Shown here: in pieces, positions 24,985-37,399 of the stretch
Layout: every line of letters begins with the position of its first letter
Position numbering within the stretch: position 1 is the stretch's first letter
Notes under the pieces: model-generated
What the model was told of the DNA's origin: nothing
Database searches by the model: none
What the model saw: only the letters and a program-made list of their open reading frames with translations
Position numbers and translations under genes: made by a program
Assembly (NCBI RefSeq): GCF_036365525.1
Contig: NC_090391.1
Coordinates: forward strand, 79,434,085-79,498,084
Length of the DNA: 64,000 bases
Reading direction: 5' to 3'
DNA from: Heterodontus francisci
Lineage: Eukaryota

Positions 24985-26600
24985 CTGTATTTCAAAAGAT
25001 CAGTGGCCCTAATACTGAAGCATGTGGAACACGACTTCATACTTTCAATCTGAAGAACAATTGCCTCCACTTCTCTTTGCACTCTCTTCCTTAGCAAACA
25101 TCATAACCAAAATGCCATTGACCCTTTACTCCATCGGTTTCATTTTACCAGACACGTTTCGTAAATGTTACTTTATCAAACACCTTTAGAAAGTCCATCT
25201 ACATGACATCAACCTTGGGTTGTTCCTCAACCCTACCTGCTACTTCATCAAAGAACTTGATGAATCTGTTTATCATTGAATCATACAACAGCTCCAGCAG
25301 AAGGGCAGGCATTTATACCATTTTGTCCGTGCCAGCTCTTTGCAAGTACCACTCACCTAGTCCCACTCCTCTGGCTTTTCTCCGCAGCCCTGTTTATTTT
25401 TCTGCATAATTGCCCAATTCTCTTTTGCAAGCCACGATTGAATCAGCCTGCAGCAGCCTCTCAGACGTTTATTACAGAACCTAATCACTCGCTATGCAAA
25501 GGTTTGCTCTCATGTTGCAGTCATTTCTTTTGTCAATCACCTTAAAACGGTGCCCTCTCGTTCTCGATCCTTCCAAGAATGAGAACAGTCTCTCCCTATC
25601 TACTCTGCCCAGACAACTCTTAATTTTGAACAACTCTATAAAATCATCTCTCAAATTTCACTTCTCTAAGGAGAGCAGAACCAACTTTTCCAATCAATTC
25701 ACATAACGGCATTCCCTCATTCCTATAAGTATTCTATTTAATCTTCTCTGCACCCGCTCTAATGCCTTCAAATGCTTCTTAAAGTGCGTTGCCCAGAACT
25801 GGGCACAATACTTCAATTGAGGGGAACCAGTTTCTCATGCAGGTTGATCATCACTTCCTTGCTTTTCTACTTTATGCCCCAATTTATAAAGCTCGGGAGC
25901 CCGTATGCTTCCTTGAACATTTTCTCAGCCTGCCCTTTGAACTTCACTGACTTGTGCACATATAACCCCAGGTCCCTCTGCTCCTGCAGCCCCTTTAGAA
26001 TTGTACCCTTCATTTTATATTACATGTTCTCGTTCTTCCTACCAAAATAAACCACTTCACATTTCTCTGCATTAAGTCCATCCATTTTATATATATATAT
26101 ATATATAAAAGAAGGGCTGCTACCACTGACTCCTGAAGATCTCCACTGTGTACTTTCCTACAGTCTGCACTGCTTTACGTTTCCGGTCACTCATCCAATT
26201 TCATACCCATTCCGCTGCTGCAATTTCTACAAATGTGTTCTAACTCCACCAACAAGCCTGTTATATGGCTCATTATCAAATGTTTTTTGGAAGTCCATGT
26301 ATACCACATAACCCCCATCAAACCTCTCTGTTACCCCATCAAAAGACTCAAGCATTTATTATGCCATGATTTCCCAACCAGCCAATATGTCTTCCTGGAA
26401 TATGGTCTCTGAAATTTCCCCCATCACTGACATTCTGCAGACTGACCTGTCGTTACAGGGTTTATCCCCTTCCTTTTTATTCTACAGTTTTTCATTTACG
26501 ACCCTCCAGTCCACTGGCAATACTCCCATATCCAAGGAGGATCGAAGGATTCAGGCCAATGCTGCTGCTTTTTCCACATTTCCTTCCCTCAGCAACGCTC
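24985..26600 (-). mobile_element. Several degenerate CR1 fragments with an (AT)n microsatellite at about 26088-26107
   Basis: Reverse-strand MDF.K.FD, YC.QFW.. and WRVVN motifs. Confidence 0.6.
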
Positions 26601-26642
26601 AAACATCTCCTCCAGACTGGGTAAATAGTCTACTTTATCGTT

Positions 26643-26850
26643 GTACAAACAGTGTTGAATTGAAAAGAGTTAACTGAACCTGCTTTTTCAGTCTATAATT
26701 AACATCAGTCTCCATGGACCCTAATTTTTCCACTGGAGGGTTTCCCTTTTCTATTAATAAGGCACTCTTATCAATGTGTTATCCCACAGTGTCAGCGGAG
26801 ACATCACACCTGGCAGTAACAGGGATCAGCGGCCCTGGAGACAGGGAGAG
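26643..26850 (+). promoter_or_regulatory. Putative proximal promoter/5'UTR of GPCR gene B
   Basis: CTATTAATAA at 26751-26760, AGGGTTTCCCT at 26737-26747, TAATT sites; collinear with the upstream region of gene A. Confidence 0.55.
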
Positions 26851-26893
26851 GACAGAACAGAATCTGAGAACAATAGATTGAAGTGTTAGAAAA

Positions 26894-27074
26894 ATGGGTC
26901 CGAATCTGAGAACAAGAGATTGGAATGTTACAACAATGGTCAGGAGTTTCTCCTGGGCCTTTGACTCTCTTTCTGCGTTTTCTGATTGGCTATCATTGGA
27001 TCGCCGAATCTATTTCGTCCTTTTAACGATGCATACGATTTATTATCCCGCCCTTGCTATTGTTGGTGTCCCTG
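26894..27074 (+). CDS. Exon 1 of GPR139/GPR142-like GPCR (gene B)
   Basis: MGPNLRTRDWNVTTM...IYYPALAIVGVP then G|GTAAGT donor (intron starts 27075, phase 1); joins in frame to the acceptor at 43544/43545 giving ...GVP-V-NLLTIGIL (TM1 Asn). Confidence 0.87.
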
Positions 27075-27234
27075 GTAAGTGCCTTTCACAAGTAATTGAT
27101 TCTATAAACTAAGCTTAACTTCAGAACTGTTCTTGTCATTTACTCCATCTTGCTTGTTGATATAATTGTTCCTGGCAACTCTCAGTATCCAGCTGTTAGA
27201 TCTTTATATTTGGTTTAACTGTATTGGTTTCATG

Positions 27235-27700
27235 GCACTTACATTTTGGGAAGACTACATCTATTGTCATCGATTTCCATCACAAATTCTGTTCCCGATC
27301 CATCCACTCCATCTCGCGCCCTGACCAAAGTCTGAGAATGAACCAGACTGTTAAAAACCTCAATGACCCTTTGTTCGAATCGCATAGCCTCTGTATCAGC
27401 AAACCTGCCAACTGCCACCTTCATAATATTGCATGTCTCCACCTTTCCGTCAGCTCATCTGCTGCATAAAGCCTCATACTTGCCTTTGTCAAATCCAGTC
27501 GAATATTCCTCTGTTTTCTGGCCACCATCACAATTAAAAGCCTCCTTAAATGTCAGCTCATCCAGAACAATGCTGCCTAAATCACACCAGGTACAGTTCA
27601 CCCATCACCCCCATGCTCACTAACCTATCCTGGCTCCAGGTCGGGCAATGTTACAATCTTAATATACTCATTCTTGGGTGAAAATCTCTCAATGGCCTCC
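27235..27700 (+). mobile_element. L2 fragment in intron of gene B (shared with gene A)
   Basis: ttttgggaagact...ccctgaccaaagtctgagaatgaaccagactgtt matches the reverse complement of about 1535-1650. Confidence 0.65.
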
Positions 27701-28933
27701 ACCCTCCGATTAGGCCGATTCCCTTGCACATTTCCCATATTCCAGCAACTCCTTGTATTTTGATTATTTATCATTCCCTTTTTAAAGTGAATTTCCTTCC
27801 CTGTGGATCTCTCTCTGCATCAGTAGAGTCACTGGTATCGGTGCTGTGGAATCCACGCTGGTGGTCATTTCTGTTGTGGCCTGCACGCTACCCATGATGG
27901 AGAGGGTACTAGTCCCTGAGTAACCTGCATGGACCTGCAGCAGGAACATGGTCTGAATTTGGCATCAATCAGGCGTTCTGGCAGCTTTCTAACTTGGTCT
28001 GCACTAACCACCTGTGTCAGTCACTCTCAGCTCAACAGACTATAGTTACAGTGTATCTCTGTCTGCAACATGACCAGCAAATGGAGCACAGGCTGCAGTG
28101 AGGGGCTGATAAAAGTGGGAGGAGGGTGGGGGGGTGGTGCTCTGCACTACCCAGCCGGGTTTCCCGAGAGTACTTTTCCTACATAGACATAACCCAGGAG
28201 CAGTGTGTGAGGTGACTCTGATTCAGTAAGGAGGTGGTTACAGAGCTGTGCCACCTGCTACATTACGACCTGAAGCCTCACACCAGGGTGAGGACAGAGC
28301 TGCCAGTGACCATTACGTTCACATTTTCATTGAACTTCTGTGAATCTGGATCTTTCCAGGGAGGAGCAGGCGGCATATTCAACATCTCCTAATATGTCAT
28401 CCCTCGATGTACCCGGAAGGTGATGGAGGCATCCCATATGGTTTTTCAACTCAGTTGGGAGAAGCAGGATGAGAAGACCTGTAGTTTTAACAGGATGCCA
28501 GCATTCCCGCTGGGATATGTGGCTCTGTGCAGCCTCCAAGTCAACAGGGAGAGGTACATAAACTGGCATACTCTCAGTGCATGAATGTGCTGTTGGTGTG
28601 TGAACATGCCCAGTGCATCATGTTTGTGAATATCCACTGGCCTGGCAGCAGCCACAATTCCTTCACTGTGAAGTAGTCGGCCCTTCCCAGCGTCTTCAGC
28701 TCTCCTTGTAAAAGGAGAAATTGTCTGCTCGGAGACAAATCCCTCTATACACGGTTCATTTTCCTCCCACCCACCATTGCCCCCACCCCATCACTCAAAA
28801 TGCAAGGACATCAAGTATATAATGAGAGCAAAGCAGTCACTAAAAACATCATGGAGAAGACCATCGGCTTCCAATGCCTGAACCGTTCAGGGGAAGCCCT
28901 CCAGTACACATTGAAGCAGGTGCCCAAGTTCAT

Positions 28934-29907
28934 TCTATACATAAATGATTTGGAGGAAAGTGTAGGTGGTCTGATTAGCAAGTTTGCAGACGGCACTAAG
29001 ATTGGTGGAGTTGCAGATAGTGAAGAGGACTGTCAGAGAATACAGCAGAAGATAGATAGATTCGAGAGTTGGGCAGAGAAATGGCAGATGGAGTTCAATC
29101 AGGGCAAATGCGAGGTGATGCATTTTGGAAGATCCAATTCAAGAGTGAACTAGACAGTAAATGGAAAAGTCCGGGAGAAAACTGATGTGCAGAGAGATTT
29201 GGGTGTTCAGGTCCATTGTTCCCTGAAGGTGGCAACGCAGGTCAATAGAGTGGTCAAAAAGGCATACGGCATGCTTTCCTTCATCGGACGGGGTATTGAG
29301 TAGAAGGGTTGGCAGGTCATGTTCCATTTGTATAAGACTTTGGTTCGGCCATATTTGGAATACTGCGTGCAGTTCTGGTCACCACATTACCAAAAGGATG
29401 TAGATGCTTTGGAGAGGGTGCAGAGGAGGTTCACCAGGATGTTGTCTGGTATGGAGGGCGCTAGCTATGAAGAGAGGTTGAAAAGATTAGGATTATTTTC
29501 ATTAGAAAGACGGAGGTTGAGGGGGGACCTGATTGAGGTGTACAAAATCATGAGAGGTATAGACAGGGTGGATAGCAAAAAGCTTTTTTTCCAGAGTGGG
29601 GGATTCAATTACTAGGGGTCACGAGTTCAAAGTGAGAGGGGAAAAGTTTAGGTGCGATATGCGTGGAAAGTTCTTTCCGCAGAGGGTGGTGGGTGCCTGG
29701 AACGCGTTGCCAGCGGAGGTGGTAGACGCGGGCATGATAACGTCTTTTAAGATGTGTCTAGACAGATACATGAATGGGAAGGAAGCAAAGAGATACAGAC
29801 CCTTAGAAAATAGGCGACATGTTTAGATAGAGGATATGGATCGGCGCAGGCTTGGCGGGCCGAAGGGCCTGTTCCTGTGCTGTAATTTTCTTTGTTCTTT
29901 GTTCTTT
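28934..29907 (+). mobile_element. Young 5'-truncated CR1 LINE
   Basis: YINDL, KFADGTK, WQMEFN, LYKTLVRPYLEYCVQFWSP; (TTCTTTG)n tail; GTTCAT on both flanks (28928-28933, 29908-29913). Confidence 0.9.
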
Positions 29908-30089
29908 GTTCATGGTGTTCTGCTGCACCATTCATATCATTGCCATCATGAGAATACAAGTATTGCCACCAGGAATTCAGAGGGCATCTCAGAAAGAGGA
30001 GGCAGAGAGGATTTTTTTATGGAGACCTTCCACCCAAACTGTCTATCAGAGAATTCCTGATAAGATTCTGGTTCCAAAAGGATCATGCG

Positions 30090-30985
30090 TCCATATAACC
30101 ATACAAATTAGGAGCAGAAGTAGGCTATTCAGCCCATTTAGCTTGCTCTGCCATTTAATGCTATCATATCTGATTTGTTTTCTGTCTTAAATTCCACATT
30201 CCCATTTATCCCCGATAATCTTTCGTTCCCTTTCCAAACAAGAATCTATCTTCCTCAGCTTTAAACATATTCAATTACCCCACCCCCACCACCTTCTGAG
30301 GAAGAACATTCCAAAGTCACACGACCCTCTGAGAGAAAAAACATTCTCCTCGTCTCTGTCCTAAATGGGCGGCACTTAATTTTCATCAGTGCATGCTAGT
30401 TCTGGACTCACCCACAAGAGGAAACATCCCCTCCACATTCACAATTGTCAAAACCGTTCAGGAGCTTACAGACTTCAGTCAAGTCTCCCCTCACTCTTCT
30501 AAGTTCCAATGAAAACATGCCCGACTTGTCCAACATTTCCACATCAAACAACCCACTCATTCCAGGTATCAACCTAGTAAATATCCTCTGAACAGCCTCC
30601 AATGCATATGCATCCTTCCTGAAATAAGGAGACAAAAACTGTACGCAGTATTCTAACTGTTGTCTCACCAACGCCCTGCATAACGGAAGCATAACATTCT
30701 TACTTTTATTTCCCCCCGTAATAAAAGGTCGCATTCTATTAGCCTTCTTTATTAATTGCTAAAACTGCATACTAACCTTTTGTGACTCATGCACTAGAAC
30801 TCCTGGATCCCTCTGCACCTCGGAATTCTGCAATCACTCCCCCTTTAAGAAATACTCTGTTTTTTTTATTCTTCCTGCCAAAGTGAACAACTTCGCATTT
30901 TCCCACATTATAATCCATCTGCCAGATTTCTACCCACTCACTCAACCGACCTCTAACAGTCTGCAACCTCCTTATGTCGCTTCCC
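30090..30985 (-). mobile_element. CR1 LINE 3' fragment
   Basis: ORFs 30408..30734 and 30787..30990 (LEYCVQF, RIFTRLIPGM). Confidence 0.8.
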
Positions 30986-33789
30986 ACCATGGATCCCCCA
31001 ATTCACCACCATTGCACCCATCTGAGATGCACCATCACAGCGTCTCCTTGGTCATAATCGCGCAATAATAAACCCCCACAAAACCCTTTATATTGAAATA
31101 TTTATCCAACAACATTTTCAATTATACAAACAAAACTGAACTATTTACTCTTGTGTATTCCCTCAGTGCCTGTTTTGCGGGTTCCCTCGACTTGCCTAGC
31201 GCTTCTACACAGTGCTTACCTAGTGGCTGCAGCATGGCTGGTGGAAGACAGACGACTTGCACTGGGGTAGACTGCAGATGGACTTGCAGGACGCTCTCGA
31301 GCAACTCTGGGCTTTGAGGGCTCGGATTCAGACTGCACAACATCGGCATGTGAAGCAGCAGCCTGCACTGGCTGATGGGCAACAGCAAGAACACTGGTGG
31401 AATAGCAGTGAAGGGAGAACAAATACTGACATCCTCAGAGAGGACAGCAGGTTTATGCTCCACGGAGCCACTGCCAGTAACATGGGGCAACACACCAGCA
31501 ATCCTAGTAATCTACTTGGTAACAGATTGCTCGACAGCTGTGAGAGCCTGCAAAAACCTTTGAGCACTGAGTTCCACAGCCATGATGGCAGCAGTCTGAT
31601 CCTGCATGGCAGCAAGCATGGATCTCATGACCTCAGTCTGAGCTTCCACTGTCGCACTGAAACGTTGGGTGTCTGCCGCCTGTGCTGCAGTGGAAGCTGA
31701 GACGATGGTTACCAGACGCTGTATCATGGCTGGGTTCGTGAGTGCTGTGATCGAGTTAGTGACCAATTCCACAGCAGAAAGAATGGGCTTCATGAGCCAC
31801 ATCCTCAGCGACATTGGAATTGGAATCCTCCATATTCCTTGATGGTGACAACAGACAGTTTGACAGGCCTGTCAATGGATAAAGTGTCTCAATGCACAAG
31901 TCCATCAGCATTCTCCTGTCTGATGCTCCAACAATATTCTCAGCTGAGTCCTGTGTATTATAACTCGTTCGCGACCTTGCCCTCCTGTGAGTTGACACAC
32001 GAGCTATCATTTAACCTGGCCTGGCTGCAGCCCACGCGTTTTTTGGTGACACACCAGGTGCAGATTCTGACTCAAGACCAGCCTCTAAGATAAACGCAGT
32101 GTCAGCATTTGAATTGGTAGCTGTGAGCAACAGTCCAAGTGATGGGGTGTCACCATCAGTGCTGTTCTGATTCTCTCTCTCGGTCTCCCGGAGCTGATGT
32201 GACTGGGAAGCTGGCAGTTTTGGGTTATCATTGGGAAGTATAAAATCAGAAGGGGATGGTTGGGGTGAGGAATTGGGGTGGGATGGAATGCTGAACGTCC
32301 ATGAGCCCACTATCTGCGACCTGTCCATCATCTCAGAGGGCAGGATGAGGGAGAGGTTGTGAGACCATAGCATCATCCTGAATGCTCTCATTAATGTCGG
32401 ATGCTGGATGCTCTGTCACAGCTGGTCACATGATGTGGAGAACCATCTCCTCCATCAGGCTCCGGGGATGAAGGTAAGCCGAGATAGTGTTGCACTGTGT
32501 TTGCGATGATTTGCCTGCCATAGCTGAATAGCTAGAAGTATGTGGGCGCAGTGAAAGGTGTGTGCCCTTTAGTTAAGCAAATCTGCTGTCCGAACCTGGT
32601 CTGGCCTTCATGTGACTCCAGATGCACAGCAATGTACTTGACTCTTAACTGTCCTGCGAAATGGCCGAGCAAGGCATGGAATTGTCAAGTGAAAGCAGGG
32701 ATTGGCAACAAATGCTGGCTTCGACAACGACACCCATATCCTATGGATTTCATTTACAAAGGTCTGGGAATGGTGTTTCAGAGTTTTTCACAAGGGTCGT
32801 TGTCTCGAAGACATTTCTGGTCATGATAATGTGCAGCTGCATGTTCACATATTTAAAGAACTGTTACTTATAAATTGTAATCTTCTACCCTTGACTGGTT
32901 TACTCTTTGGTTCGAACATAAGAATGGTGAGAAATAAGGAGACAACACTCAAAGGTCAAATTCAATGCCAATGACTTTACTAGATTCGGCAGGTATACAA
33001 ATGTTAAAAACAAAACAAAACATTAGTCAGCAATACACCTGTTGACAAGACACCCATTAGTCACAAATAGGTTGCAGGGAGTCATACATAGATAAGCAAC
33101 CAGTAGGCGGTCACTTCCCTGCTGATTGTTCAGTAGCTGACCAAACTATGTCCATGTTTGGAACAAGGTTGTAACGAGTTCAGGAGCTGAGTGGCCCTGA
33201 CGGATGATAAACTGAGCGTCAGCGAGCAGATAATTGCTAAGCAAGTGCTGCTTGATAGCACTGTTGACGACCACTTCCATCACTTACTGATGACTGAGAG
33301 TCGACAGATAGAACATTAACCTGGGCCTCTAGGTTACTAGTCTAGTAACATTACCGCGATGCCACTGCCTGCTCTGCATTTTCCAGTGCACGTGAAGTTT
33401 GTCCAAAGTTCTAACTTGACATCAAAGTGAAACATAACCTTAAAGTCAGTCTTTATTGGTCATTACTAATTTTTAAGACTTTTTTGCCTTTTTGTTAAAC
33501 ATTCCATCGACAACGTGTTTTTTTTCACGAGTAATTCTGTTAATCTGTAATAAAAACAGCTTACATCTGTTAACAGGTGACCTAACCTCTGATAAGGCTT
33601 TCTGGCATTTACGATGCATGCTGGTCAGATTCAGTTGATTCTCTGCACACCTGTACAAAGTGACACAAGGGCAATTGGGGATAAGGAACAAATGCTCGCC
33701 TTGTCGGCGATACCTACATCCCATGAGCAGGATCAAGATAACGATAGCGTCCTCTATTTCATTTAAATTTATTGATTCTCCTAGGTTGA

Positions 33790-35815
33790 ATATCCCCACA
33801 AATCTCAAACAGGAATCGATCAGTATGACAGACTGCAGAAACCAGACCATTCCATCCATCCGATCCGGGATGGAAATGCATTCTCTCCTGTCACAGGTCA
33901 GACAGCAGAAACCAGGCCATTGCATCCATTCCATTCGGAATAGAAAACCATTCTCATCTGTCACAGGTCAGACCGCCGAGACCAGGCAATTCCATCCATC
34001 AGATCCAGGAGAGTAAACATACTCAACTGTCAAAGGTCATACAGCAGAGACCAGGCCATTCCATACATCCGATTCGGGAGAGAAAATCATTCTCACCTGC
34101 CACAGCTCAGACATCAGAGACCAGGTGATTGCATCCATCCAAACCAGGATATACGAACATTCAAATTAGGATCAGCAGTAGTCCAATGACCCCTCGATCC
34201 TGCTGCACCATTCAATAAGTTCATGGCTGAACTGTTTGCTCCACAGCGTCACCTGCCACTGATAATCGTGCACTCCCGTGCTTAACGAGAATCCATTTGT
34301 CTCTGCCTTAAAAATATTCAAACACTCTGCTTCCACTGCCTTTTGAGTGAAATCCAAAGACTCAACGACCCTCTGAGAGAAAAAGAAAAATCTCCTCAAC
34401 GTTGTCTTAAATGGAGATCCCTTATTTTTAAACTGTGACTCCTAGTTTGAGATTCTCCCACAAGCAAAAACACCGTTTCCACATCCACCCTGTCAATACC
34501 TCTCAGGATCTTATATGTTTCAGTCATGTCGCCTCTTACTATTCCAAATTCCAGCGGATACAAGCCTAGCCTGTCCAATCTTTTCCCGTAAGACTGGCCA
34601 CCAATTCCAGGTATTAGTCTAGTAAACCTTATCTGTACTGCCTCCAACGCATTTACATCCTTCCTTAAATGAGGAGACCAGTGTTGTACACAGTAATCCA
34701 GATGTGGTCTCACCAATGCCCTGTGTAGCCGAAGCATAACCTCCCTCCTTATGCATTCAATTCACCTCACGATAAACAATAACATTTTATTAGCTTTCCT
34801 AATTATGTGCTGTACCTGCACACTAATTATTTGCGATTCCTGCACTAGAACACCAAGATCCCTGTCCATCTCAGAGCTCTGCAATCTTTCAGCATTTAGA
34901 TAATATGGTTCTTTGACATTCTTCCTACCAAAGTGGACATTTTTGCACTTTCCCATATTATGCTCCATTTGCCAGTTCTGTGCCCACTCATTAACCTATC
35001 TATGTCTCTTTGCAGCCACCTTGTGTCTTTTCCACAATGTACTTTATTCCCTATCTTTGTGTCATCTGCAAATTTAACAACCATACATTTGGCCCCTTCA
35101 TCTAAGTAATTTATATAAATCGTAAAAAGTTGATGCCCCAGCACAGACCCCCATGGCACACCACTCGTTATATCTTTCCAACCAGAAAATGACCTATTTA
35201 TGCCTACTCTCTTTTAACTGTTAGCTACCCAAAATTCTATCCATGGCAATATGTTACCCCCTGCAACATGACCTTTTCCCCCCATGCAGTAGCATTTGAT
35301 GTGGCACCTTTTCAAATGCGTTCTGGAAAGCTGAGGACAATACATCACAGGTTCCACTTTATCCACAGCACATGTAACACTCAGCTTTCACATAACCATG
35401 TTGAGTCTGCGTGATAAGCTTGAATTTTCCTAAATACCCTTCGCTTACATATTTAATAATACCTTCTGACATTTTCCCCAAGGAAGATGTTAAGCTACCT
35501 GGCCTTTAGGTTCCTGCTTTCTGCCTCCATCCCTTTTTGAATAAAGGAGCTACATTCACTATTTTCCAATCTAAAGGAACCTTCCCCGAATATAAGTAAT
35601 TTTGGAAAATTAAAACCAACGCATAAATCATTCTCCCCTGACACAGACCAGGCAGCAGATTCCAGGTCATTCCATCCATTCAATCCGGGGACAGAAAACG
35701 CATTCTCACCTGTTACAGTTCAGACAGCAGATACCAGGCCATTCCATCCATCAGATCCTGTATCGAAGACCATTCTCACCTGTCACAGGTCAGAAAGCAG
35801 AGACCAGACCACTGA
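33790..35815 (+). repeat. ~70-bp minisatellite (about 8 units) split by a CR1 insertion
   Basis: Unit ttctcacctgtcacaggtcagacagcagagaccaggccattccatccatccgatccgggatagaaaacca; units at 33881, 33951, 34020, 34090 and again at about 35630-35815. Confidence 0.85.
34155..35625 (-). mobile_element. CR1 LINE RT and 3' end
   Basis: ORFs 34896..35159 (GSVLG, KFADDTK), 34762..34968 and 34396..34737. Confidence 0.85.
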
Positions 35816-36750
35816 CTCCTGACTTGTGCCTTGCTGATGGTGGACACGATTTGGGGAGTCAGGAGGTGAGTTACTCGCCACAGTATTCCTTGCGTCTGAC
35901 TTGCTCGTGTAGCCAAAGTATTTAATGGCTACTCCAGTTCAGTTTCTGGTTAAGGGTAACCCCCAGGATCTTGATAGTGGGGGATTCAGCGATAGTAATG
36001 CCTTTGAATGTCAAGGGGACATGGTTAGATTCTCTCTTGCTGGAGTTGCTCATTGCCTGGTACTTTTGTGGTGCGAATATTACTGGACGGTTATCAAACA
36101 AACCTGCATATTGTACAGGTCTTGTTGCATTTCTACACGGACTGATGAAGCAGCAGAGGATGGTTGAGCCCAGGGTACTACCCTGAGGAACTCCTGCAGC
36201 GATGTCCTGGAGCTGAGATGATTGAACTGCAACAACCACAAACATCTTTCTTTGTGCTCGGACCGACACAAACCGTTGCAGAGTTTTCCCCTTGATTCCC
36301 ATTGACTCCAGTTTTGCTCGGGCTCCTTCATGCCGTACTCAGTCCCAACAGTAACCCCTAGGGAACTCCAATAAAAACCTTCCTGTAGGCCGGAAAAGAT
36401 CCATTAACCAATACTTTTTGTTTCCTGTCAGTTTTCCAATCCCTTTTATTCCATGAGCTATATCTTTGTTCACATGTCTGTTGTGTGGCACTGTATCAAA
36501 TGCCTTTTGGAAGTCCAGGTACACCACATCAACTGCATTGCCTTCATAAACCCACTCTCTTTCCTCCTAAAAAAAAAAACTCTTGCAAGTTACTTAAAAT
36601 GGTTTTCCCTAAAGAATTCCATACTGTCTTTCCTTAGGTATCCCTCATTTGGCCATGCGACTATTCATTATTTCACAGATTATTGTTTCAATAAATTTCC
36701 CCTCTACCAATGTTAAACTGACTGACTGCAGTTCCTGGGCTTATCTTGTT
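35815..36750 (-). mobile_element. Adjacent LINE fragments (second CR1-group family, then CR1)
   Basis: ORF 35922..36302 AGVPQGSTLG; ORF 36339..36527 VYLDFQKAFDTVPH. Confidence 0.75.
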
Positions 36751-37399
36751 TTACGACTGACCGGTCAAGTATATATATATCCAATCAAATTAGACTGTTC
36801 TCATTGCGTGAGCAATACACTGTTAAATCATTCCCGGCGTTCTGCAGATCGCCTAACATATCACTTTAAACTTTCTAAATTAAAGACATCGAAAGCCGAA
36901 TTGAACTATCTGGCAAACTCCGAATGAGGCAAACCAAACCAGATATCTTTAGACCAACAAATTAACTGTTTATCAGAAAAACTAAACTCTTAAACACTAC
37001 TAACATATAAACAGCATTAGAAAACAGCTTTCTTTGTGATTTGCACTTCCCGATTATTAATTCTCTGATTAAAGTCCACTTGCAGTATTCCAGGTTCCAA
37101 TGAGGAAAGAAAAATGACCAACATCCAAAACTTCAACTCCTCCTTCATCCAGCGAGGACATCTACAGATTAACAAATTGCAAATACTTTGATGAATTAAT
37201 TTTGCTTTCGAATATTGAGGGGTGAAAAAGTGATCAGTCTAAAATTCACCTTCCTTCAGTTTAAATTATCAGTGATCTCTGTTCCTTTCATGCTCATGCT
37301 GTCTGTCTCTGTGTCTCTCAAAAGCTGGTTTTTCAGCTAGTTTCAAAAATTAATCGTCATATTTTATCTCGATTCTACAGTCTCTGAATGGCTGTTGCA

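Larger units (their letters stand above)
28150..32560 (+). mobile_element. Decayed PIF/Harbinger element: DDE nuclease on +, second reading frame on -, split by two CR1 insertions
   Basis: HVAL, NVLLVC, WPGSSH, LLGDK and YNES..VTKNIMEKTIG...FQCLNRSGEALQY motifs at 28150-28930, resuming at 29914; minus-strand second-ORF remnant at about 31070-32560. Confidence 0.7.
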
